From positions 62,001 to 126,000 of the forward strand of contig JBEKTZ010000006.1 in NCBI GenBank assembly GCA_049515535.1: a stretch of DNA of 64,000 nucleotides, in the 5' to 3' direction. The position numbers and the translations under genes are program-made. The notes below the pieces were generated by a model, which saw only the letters and a program-made list of their open reading frames with translations, did no database searches and was not told where the DNA came from. The stretch is from Candidatus Aminicenantales bacterium. GTDB lineage: Bacteria; Acidobacteriota; Aminicenantia; Aminicenantales; UBA4085. Each line of letters starts with the position of its first letter. The stretch's first letter is position 1. Below, piece after piece: positions 56,833-64,000 of the stretch.

Positions 56833-58092
56833 ATGGAGAAAAGAGTTATAACGAAGCACCGAGTCGTCGTCACGGGGTTGGGCGTTGTCAGCCCGATCGG
56901 CGCCGGGATCGAGGATTTCTGGGAAGGGTTACTGCGGGGGCGGAACGGAATCGCGAGGATCACGCACTTCGATCCCTCGGAATTCCGATCGCAGATGGCC
57001 GCCGAAGTCAAGAATTTCAATCCTGAGGAATGGATCGAGGAGAAGACTGCGGCGCGCATGGACCGGTTCACCCACTTTGCCTTGGCCTCCGCGGCGATGG
57101 CCATGCGGGACGCTGGATTGAAGGAATCCGGATACGACGGGAATCGGGCCGGCGTCATCATCGGATCCGGAATCGGCGGAGCCCAAAGCATCGAGGATGG
57201 CCATACCCTGCTGCGGGACAAAGGGCCGAAATCTCTCGGGCCTTTCTTCGTGTCCAGAGTTTTGATCAACACGGCCGCCTGCATGGTGTCCATCGCCCAT
57301 GGTCTCAAAGGACCCCTGTCGGCTCCTTCCGTGGCCTGCTCCACGGGCGCCAACGCCATCGGCGACGCCTTTCGCATTCTTCAGCGGGGCGACGCCGACA
57401 TCATGCTGGCCGGGGGGGCCGAAGCCAGCGTGAGTCCTCTGCCTTTTGGCGGGTTTTGCGGTACCCGCTCGATGTCGACCCGCAACGACTGCGTTGAAAA
57501 AGCGAGCCGTCCCTTTGATTTGCATCGCGACGGATTTGTCATGGGGGAAGGGGCCGGTGTCGCCGTCATGGAAAGGCTTGATCATGCCCTCCGGCGTCAG
57601 GCTCCTATCCGCGCCGAGCTCGTCGGCTATGGTAATACCGCGGACGCCTTTCATTTCACGGCGCCGGAACCCGGCGGCGACGGGATGATCAGAGTCATGA
57701 AGGCGGCCCTGGAGGACGCGGACCTGGAACCGGAAAAAATCGGCTACATCAATGCTCACGGGACCTCCACGGTCCTGAACGATAAGATCGAAAGCGCGGC
57801 CATTTTGAAGGTCTTCGGCGATCACGCAAAGCGTCTCAAGGTCAGTTCCATCAAGTCGATGATCGGGCACCTTCTCGCGGCGGCCGGGGCCGTGGAATTC
57901 GCGGCCACCGTGATGAGCGTCGCCACGGGCATGATCCCGCCCACGATCAATTATGAAGAATCCGACCCGGACTGCCCCCTGGACTACGTCACCGGAGGGG
58001 CCGAATCCAAGGACTTCGAGGCGGCGCTGAGCAATTCCTTCGGTTTCGGGGGCGGCAACGTCTGCCTGGTCGTGAAAAGGTACGAGGGCTAA
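56833..58092 (+). CDS. fabF: Beta-ketoacyl-ACP synthase II
   Basis: RVVVTGLG, ACSTG, INAHGTST, KSMIGHLL, NSFGFGG. Confidence 0.95.
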   Translation: MEKRVITKHRVVVTGLGVVSPIGAGIEDFWEGLLRGRNGIARITHFDPSEFRSQMAAEVKNFNPEEWIEEKTAARMDRFTHFALASAAMAMRDAGLKESGYDGNRAGVIIGSGIGGAQSIEDGHTLLRDKGPKSLGPFFVSRVLINTAACMVSIAHGLKGPLSAPSVACSTGANAIGDAFRILQRGDADIMLAGGAEASVSPLPFGGFCGTRSMSTRNDCVEKASRPFDLHRDGFVMGEGAGVAVMERLDHALRRQAPIRAELVGYGNTADAFHFTAPEPGGDGMIRVMKAALEDADLEPEKIGYINAHGTSTVLNDKIESAAILKVFGDHAKRLKVSSIKSMIGHLLAAAGAVEFAATVMSVATGMIPPTINYEESDPDCPLDYVTGGAESKDFEAALSNSFGFGGGNVCLVVKRYEG

Positions 58093-58094
58093 AA

Positions 58095-59162
58095 ATGAAA
58101 ATCCCCAAGCTTCAAATCGGGAACGTCACCGCCGACATCCCGATCATCCAGGGTGGCATGGGGGTGAGAGTCTCCCTCTCTTCGCTGGCCGCGGCCGTCG
58201 CGGAGGAAGGCGCGATCGGAACCATCTCGAGTATCGGATTGGGCGATATCGAAGCCTCCAAGCTGGAATACGAGAAGACGTCGAGGGAAGCCCTGGAACG
58301 GGAAATCCGCAAGGCGAAAAGCATGACCGCCGGCCATCTCGCCATCAACTTCATGGGCGTGCTCAGCAACGTGGACGATCTGATCTTGGCCGCGGTCCGA
58401 GAGGGCATCAAGATCATCGTCTATGGCGCCGGGCTTCCGGCCAAGCTTCCCGGACTGATCGAAGACACGTCCGTCAACCTCGTTCCGATCGTCAGCTCCG
58501 CGCGGGTCGCCGAGCTGATTCTACGGTCCTGGGAGAGACGGTTCGAGAGGACGGCCGACGCCCTCATCCTGGAGGGCCCTCTGGCGGGAGGCCATCTCGG
58601 ATTTTCCATGGAACAGCTCGAACATCCCGAAGACTATTCCCTGGAAAAACTCCTGCCCGAAATCCTGGAGGCGATCAAGCCGTTCGAAGATCGATTCGGA
58701 AAGAAAATTCCGGTGATCACCGGCGGAGGAATCTTCACCGGCGGGGATATCGCCCGGATGCTGTCCCTGGGGGCTTCCGGGGTCCAGATCGCGACGCGAT
58801 TTGTCTGCACTCGGGAATGCGGCGTATCCCAAGAATTCAAGCAGAGCTACCTCGAGGCCAAGGAAGAGGACATCGTCATCATCAAGAGCCCTGTCGGGAT
58901 GCCGGGCAGAGCCATCCGGAACAAATTTCTGAAGGACTTGGAGATCCAGGGCAGGATTCCCATCAAGTGCGATTACCGGTGCCTTTCCGTCTGCAAGGTT
59001 TCGGAAGCCAAGTACTGCATCGCGCAGGCCCTCGTCAACTCGTATTTCGGGGATGTGGATCACGGCCTGATCTTCTGCGGGCAGAATGCCTACCGCGTCG
59101 ACAAGATCGTGACGGTCAAGGAGCTCATCTCGGAGCTTCTGGCCGAACTCGAAGCCTCCTGA
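58095..59162 (+). CDS. Nitronate monooxygenase/FabK-family flavoprotein with Fe-S motif (FabX/UfaA-like)
   Basis: PIIQGGMGV, EGP.AGGH, GVQ.ATRF, SPVGMPGRA, CxxxCxxxC..YCI. Confidence 0.85.
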   Translation: MKIPKLQIGNVTADIPIIQGGMGVRVSLSSLAAAVAEEGAIGTISSIGLGDIEASKLEYEKTSREALEREIRKAKSMTAGHLAINFMGVLSNVDDLILAAVREGIKIIVYGAGLPAKLPGLIEDTSVNLVPIVSSARVAELILRSWERRFERTADALILEGPLAGGHLGFSMEQLEHPEDYSLEKLLPEILEAIKPFEDRFGKKIPVITGGGIFTGGDIARMLSLGASGVQIATRFVCTRECGVSQEFKQSYLEAKEEDIVIIKSPVGMPGRAIRNKFLKDLEIQGRIPIKCDYRCLSVCKVSEAKYCIAQALVNSYFGDVDHGLIFCGQNAYRVDKIVTVKELISELLAELEAS

Positions 59163-59179
59163 ATCGGATTGGATTCGTT

Positions 59180-60280
59180 TTAGACCGTCGGAAGAAAGCC
59201 GGCCTCCCGGAGATCGGAGACCGTCTCGAAAATCGCGCGGATTTTGTCGTCCGTCACCCGGTCGTCCATATTGATACAGCAAATGCCCGTGAGATAGGAA
59301 TCATTGGACGCGGCGAAACGCGCGACGATCGCGGCCCGGATTTCGTCGCTGCTCTGGTCGATGATCTCGATCGGGCTCAACCGGATGTTGAGAAACGTGC
59401 GCGGGAGTTTCTCGCGCAGAACGCGCAGGTCGCCGCCCCAGCCCACGTCGAGAAAATCGAGATGGGGGATTTTGGCGAAGGCGTCCGCGAAGCGGTGCGC
59501 GTCCGCTCCGCAATAGTGGACGCCGAATGGCCGATGCAGCTCGCTCCAGGCGCAGTCGTGGGGCAGGATGAATTCCTCGTAATGCGCCGTCGAAATCATG
59601 GTCAGGGCGCATTCGGAGTGGAGGAAGATCGGTCCTCGGATGTGCCGGACCGTCCGGTTGACCGATATCGAAGTTGTTCCCGTCTCCCGCTCGATTTCGG
59701 ACGTGAAGCGCTCGATGACGGCGGCGATCTTTCCGATATACGTTCGGACCTCGCCCGGCCGGTCGAGCATGTCGAGGAAAATGTCCTGGCCGCGAAGATC
59801 GAGTGCGAGATTCAAGAGGCCGGCCCAGTTGACGTCGCCCACGAGATATCCGAATTGCGTTTTCAGCGCATCCATGAGCCGGCGAAGACGCCGATAAACG
59901 GGACTTGAAAAGGAAGCGCCGGCGTCGAGAGCGAGATCCGGCCGTTGAGAGGGAACGACGAGCGGCGGGGCACCCTCGCCGTATTTCACGTCGCAGCCGA
60001 GCATCTCGGATACGAGATACCCGGCCGCGTTGTGGACGGCGCCGATGACGGGAAGGTCCCTGTCCCGGTCTTCGCCCAAGCCGAGATCTCCGAACCGATC
60101 GTAAAGGACCTGCTCCATCCGCCGCTCGACTTCCACGCGCCGCGCCGGATGGTAGAAGAAATCCTCGTCGAAGACGATCCCCGCGTGTCGCCGCCACCAG
60201 GAAGGGTGAAAGATCACCTCCACCGGCAGCGGGCCGTTTCTCAAGACTGGATTCGGCGGGCCATTGGTCGTCGGGCTCAA
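59180..60280 (-). CDS. Uroporphyrinogen decarboxylase/MtaA-CmuA superfamily protein
   Basis: LRG..IF.DM, MIS...YEEF.LP, HYCG; start uncertain. Confidence 0.65.
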   Translation of the reverse strand: MSPTTNGPPNPVLRNGPLPVEVIFHPSWWRRHAGIVFDEDFFYHPARRVEVERRMEQVLYDRFGDLGLGEDRDRDLPVIGAVHNAAGYLVSEMLGCDVKYGEGAPPLVVPSQRPDLALDAGASFSSPVYRRLRRLMDALKTQFGYLVGDVNWAGLLNLALDLRGQDIFLDMLDRPGEVRTYIGKIAAVIERFTSEIERETGTTSISVNRTVRHIRGPIFLHSECALTMISTAHYEEFILPHDCAWSELHRPFGVHYCGADAHRFADAFAKIPHLDFLDVGWGGDLRVLREKLPRTFLNIRLSPIEIIDQSSDEIRAAIVARFAASNDSYLTGICCINMDDRVTDDKIRAIFETVSDLREAGFLPTV

Positions 60281-60362
60281 ACGTCTTTCCCATACGGTTG
60301 ATATGATATCAAGGCGCAGCCGGGCGCAAAAATCCTTTTCATTTTATGTTCCTTGTCCGGCC

Positions 60363-63300
60363 TTATCTCCGGGCCCAGCGGATGAGGGAGTTGGTCCAAT
60401 CCGGGTCTTCCTCGCCCAAAAAGCCCCACACTGCCGCGGCCTTGACGAAACCGCGCAGGCGGCTCAGCGCGGGCGCGTAGTTCGCCCGGGGTTGAATCGA
60501 AAGCAGAGGAACGTCGTCGCGGAACGCGTCGTCGAATTCCTTGAGCGTCGCGAGCCCCGAGACGAACCCGACGCGCGGCTCAATGAGCGCGGCCATGAGC
60601 GCCGACTGGCCGGCCGTTGGTCCCCGCCCGATGACGGCGATTTTCACGGCGCCGGTCGCGAACGCGGCGATCGCCCGGGCGATATCCCAGCTCATCCCGA
60701 ACGCGGGGGACCGGCCCAAATAGGTCGAGAGGCGCAGGTCCATGTCTTTCAATTCGCCCAGGCCGCGCGGGTCGACGGCGACGCAGGCGATTCCCGCTTT
60801 GCAAAGTTTTTCGATCTCGAATTCTTTGAGCGCCCCCGCTTTTCCGTTTTCGGAAACGAGGAAGGCGAACGCTTTGGTTTCTCCCCGTGCCGGCCAGATG
60901 ACGGCCGGCAGGGTCAGGCCGGGCTCTGAGACGAACGTGGAACGGACCTTGCCTTCGGCCTCGCTCCATTTCTTTGGTTCACCGGGAATCGACGCCGGAA
61001 GCCCGCCGTTGAGCCCGACAAAATCCTCCCACGTCCCTCCGGTTTTTGATGGCGCGAACATCGCTTCGGCGATTCCCCGCATCGTCAGCGTATTCGTCGG
61101 CGGCTCCGGCAGAACATACAATTCCGGCGAGTCGGGCGGCTCGGTCTCGAATTCCGGCTCGGGCACCGGCGATCCGTCGCCGACGCCGCGGAGATATTTG
61201 TCGAAAAACCCGATCACCGTCTCACGCATCGGCCGGCTGTAATCGTGCCCGCCCGGGAACATGCGCAGCCAGGCGTCGGCCGATTTTCCGAAAAGTCCCC
61301 AGAGTTTATTGAGCTTCTCTCCGGACAGCCGCATGCCCGCCGCCGGAAATTCCGTATCCTCCTCGGCGCCGATGATCAGAACCGGCGCCGGCGCCCGCAG
61401 GGCGAGCACGTCGGCCCGGTCGCCGATCTGGAGCGAAGCGGGCACGTGATTGCAGAGACAGCCGTTCTGCGGATTGATCTCGAAGCTGCTGGCGAAGACG
61501 ACCGAGGCTGCGGCCGTAAAGCGCGGCTCGGCGGCGAAGGCCCACAGCGTCGCCAGTCCGCCCCCCGACGCGCCCGTCAGCCCGACCCGCGTCATATCGG
61601 CCTCGGGCCGCGTCGCGAGATAATCGAGCGCACGAATCAGGTCCCAGACATAGACGCTCGTCGCGTTCTGAGAGCCCAGAATCAAACGCAAATCATCATG
61701 CGTTCCCGCGGAGCGGCGCTCGACGCGGTTGCCGCCTTCGAAGCTGTATCCCGGCGAATCGATGACCATGGCCAGATAGCCGCCGAGCGCCTGGCCGATC
61801 AGGCGCGATTGCACGGTCGGCTCCTGTTTCTTCCAACCCCAGTGGCCGTGAGGATTGACGATGACGGGGAGTTTCTTTCCGGCGTTCTTTTCAGGCACGT
61901 ACAGATGCGCCGTCACCGGAAAATCCGGCCGGCTCTCGTAGACGATTTTCTCGATGTGATATCCTTTGCGCCGGATCGTGCCGATGACCCTTGCCTTGAG
62001 CGGCGTGCGCGACGGCAGCGGATCGAGCCCCAGGTCCCGCATGAGTTCCTTGCGCTGCGTTTCCCGCCTTCGCTCCAGGTCTTCCTTCGACGCGGGAACG
62101 GGCAGCGCGGCCGCGGCTTTCACTTGCCGGTCGAGATAGCGATTGACCATTGACGTGCCGTTCATGTTCTGCGACGAGAGGATGTCGTCGTCGTCCACGC
62201 GGCCCGCGATCGGCCGGGCCGCTTTCGTCCCCTGCGTCCGGCCGATCACCTCGCCCAGCGTCAGGAACGGAATGTCGCGCGCGTTCATGAAATCGATGAC
62301 GACCGACGAGGCGAATTGAGCGCCTTCGGTCCCGGCGTCGATGACCACCACGGGCTTTTTGCGGCCACCCGACTCCAAAATCTTGGCCAGCGCCTCGGCG
62401 CAGGCCGGAATGTGCAGGCGCTCGAGCAGCCGGGCGTTGATCAAGACGATCCGGCCCTTGCCCCAACGCGTTGTCGCCATTCCGCCGTTGCCCGGCACGG
62501 TCCAACCCGCGCTCTTGACGAACCGCTGGCGCAGGATGTCCTCATCCTTGATCTTTTTCAAGCCGAGCATGCCCGCCGAGTCGAAAACTTTGTCCCGGCT
62601 GTTCTCGACGCCGAGCGGCTTGGGCAGCCAGTCGAGCGCGTAACGGCCCGCGGCATAGGTCTGGGCCAGGACGACCAGCGTCATCCCGCGCTCGACGGCG
62701 TCGAGGATTTTGCGCTCGGTCGGAACGTTGAACGACCGGCTGAAATTCCAGGCCCGCGACGAAATGAGGAGAAGCCCGTGATCCTTCGACGACAGGACGG
62801 CCGGGTCGAGATAGGCCAGAGCTTCTTCGCTCGAATAGAGAAGAGGAGTCGAACCGACCTGCGAGGAAACGACGAGATACGGCGCGTCGGCCTCCCATCC
62901 CGGCACGCGCCGGACGCGGCCGTCGAGCTCGAGTTCGGCGGCGACCGAATGGCCCCACGGCTCGCGTTTGAATTCGTATTCGAACTTGTCTCCGCGTTTG
63001 ATCATCGGCGCTTTATGGAAGAAGGCGCTGCTCGGCAGTGGCTTGACGAGCGCCCAGGCGCGCGCGATCCCCGCGGCCGGCAGCGAAATCTTCGCCGTCT
63101 CCACGCCGATCTCGAGGGCGAGCGCCGGAGGGTTCGCGCCCTTCGCCGCGGGCGTTATGGGATCAGGCGCGGCCGCCGCGATCTTGGCCAGCCGATCGGC
63201 CTCGGCCTTGATCTTCGGCAGTTCCTGCGCCCAATGATAGGCATTGGTCCGCATGCGCAACCGCTCGGTGAACGGCTTGTAATAGGAGTTCGCGGCAAGT

Positions 63301-63998
63301 CGGCTCCATTCTTTTTCGGCTTCCAGCATATGGAACGTCGCTTTCGCCGAGGCGTCCACGGTTCCCGCCTGCGCTTGCCCCGCCCGATACGCCGACATGA
63401 ACCGCTCGGCGTAATAGCGGCCCAAATGGGCCGCCTGTCCGCAGGCCGCGATCAATTCCTTGAGTCGCTTTTGCTCGCCGGCCGGCGCGCTTGTCAGCGG
63501 GATATCCGCCGCTTTCGCCGCCGTCGCCGCGTCGGCCTCGAGCGCCGCCGCCGTTTCGCGCGGAGAGATCCGCCCGTCCGAGGCCTTTGTCGCGCCGTCC
63601 GCCAAATCCTCTTTGATCGACTTGAAAACATGCGAGTCGAACGGCTCGGCCGCTAAATACCCCGCCGTGTCCCCGCCCCATTCGAGCTCGATCGCGTGAT
63701 TGCGGTGGTCGGGCCCGAGCGAGAATGCCGAGAACGCGGTCGAGACGATCCGGCTCGCCGCCGTCCACGACTCGATCAGCGGCGTCGCGGACTTGCCCAA
63801 TTTATCCGCGACCATCGCCTCGAACAGCTCGTCGGGCGTCGCCGGGTCATAGCCGAGGCGGCCCCAGAGATTCAGATACATCCAGTCCCGCTCGTGAAGC
63901 CAGTCGCAATAAGCGTCGCCCGGATCGGCGAGATAATATTTCTGCGTCTTTGGATAATACGTGTCCAGGCCCTCGACAACGAAGCCGCTGGCCGTGCC
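60363..63998 (-). CDS. Large multidomain protein with a C-terminal alpha/beta-hydrolase (acetylxylan esterase-like); 5' end lies beyond the window
   Basis: YES.P...VTA.LY.P, PHGH, GASGGG nucleophile elbow, HDY; frame open to the window end. Confidence 0.8.
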   Translation of the reverse strand, partial: GTASGFVVEGLDTYYPKTQKYYLADPGDAYCDWLHERDWMYLNLWGRLGYDPATPDELFEAMVADKLGKSATPLIESWTAASRIVSTAFSAFSLGPDHRNHAIELEWGGDTAGYLAAEPFDSHVFKSIKEDLADGATKASDGRISPRETAAALEADAATAAKAADIPLTSAPAGEQKRLKELIAACGQAAHLGRYYAERFMSAYRAGQAQAGTVDASAKATFHMLEAEKEWSRLAANSYYKPFTERLRMRTNAYHWAQELPKIKAEADRLAKIAAAAPDPITPAAKGANPPALALEIGVETAKISLPAAGIARAWALVKPLPSSAFFHKAPMIKRGDKFEYEFKREPWGHSVAAELELDGRVRRVPGWEADAPYLVVSSQVGSTPLLYSSEEALAYLDPAVLSSKDHGLLLISSRAWNFSRSFNVPTERKILDAVERGMTLVVLAQTYAAGRYALDWLPKPLGVENSRDKVFDSAGMLGLKKIKDEDILRQRFVKSAGWTVPGNGGMATTRWGKGRIVLINARLLERLHIPACAEALAKILESGGRKKPVVVIDAGTEGAQFASSVVIDFMNARDIPFLTLGEVIGRTQGTKAARPIAGRVDDDDILSSQNMNGTSMVNRYLDRQVKAAAALPVPASKEDLERRRETQRKELMRDLGLDPLPSRTPLKARVIGTIRRKGYHIEKIVYESRPDFPVTAHLYVPEKNAGKKLPVIVNPHGHWGWKKQEPTVQSRLIGQALGGYLAMVIDSPGYSFEGGNRVERRSAGTHDDLRLILGSQNATSVYVWDLIRALDYLATRPEADMTRVGLTGASGGGLATLWAFAAEPRFTAAASVVFASSFEINPQNGCLCNHVPASLQIGDRADVLALRAPAPVLIIGAEEDTEFPAAGMRLSGEKLNKLWGLFGKSADAWLRMFPGGHDYSRPMRETVIGFFDKYLRGVGDGSPVPEPEFETEPPDSPELYVLPEPPTNTLTMRGIAEAMFAPSKTGGTWEDFVGLNGGLPASIPGEPKKWSEAEGKVRSTFVSEPGLTLPAVIWPARGETKAFAFLVSENGKAGALKEFEIEKLCKAGIACVAVDPRGLGELKDMDLRLSTYLGRSPAFGMSWDIARAIAAFATGAVKIAVIGRGPTAGQSALMAALIEPRVGFVSGLATLKEFDDAFRDDVPLLSIQPRANYAPALSRLRGFVKAAAVWGFLGEEDPDWTNSLIRWARR

Positions 63999-64000
63999 GA

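Noticed and set aside
1..64000. CRISPR array, diversity-generating retroelement, retron or prophage
   Set aside because: No regularly spaced repeats, reverse transcriptase, template/variable repeat pair or phage structural genes were recognised.

Overview
A GC-rich bacterial chromosome segment from a diderm organism. The tandem Ser/Thr kinase-PD40 fusions and the many secreted 6-bladed beta-propeller genes suggest an Acidobacteriota/Ca. Aminicenantes-like genome (inference). From left to right it contains: two DUF2911 genes; an operon in which the bacillithiol genes bshC-bshB1-bshA sit between a secreted PIG-L deacetylase plus microprotein and a Na+:solute symporter; an Omp85 barrel; small stress/membrane genes; GIY-YIG, a kinase-propeller gene with one nonsense codon, a ParD/ParE-like TA pair and a second kinase-propeller gene; redoxin, K+ channel and rmuC; tRNA-Lys(CTT) with a decayed 4.2-kb glycosylation island bounded by 57-bp att repeats; assorted hydrolases and transporters; a ~16-kb locus; fabF plus a FabX-like flavoprotein; a URO-D-family gene; and a large esterase-domain gene running off the right edge. 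The ~16-kb locus is the best candidate for an undescribed system. In it, an MFP-TolC-two-RND-permease set is interleaved with five intact and about three fragmentary paralogous secreted beta-propeller genes, and one permease has a rewired proton-relay motif. Two families of palindromic intergenic repeats are also present. No CRISPR array, rRNA or reverse transcriptase was seen. All family calls are by eye from motifs, not from database searches.
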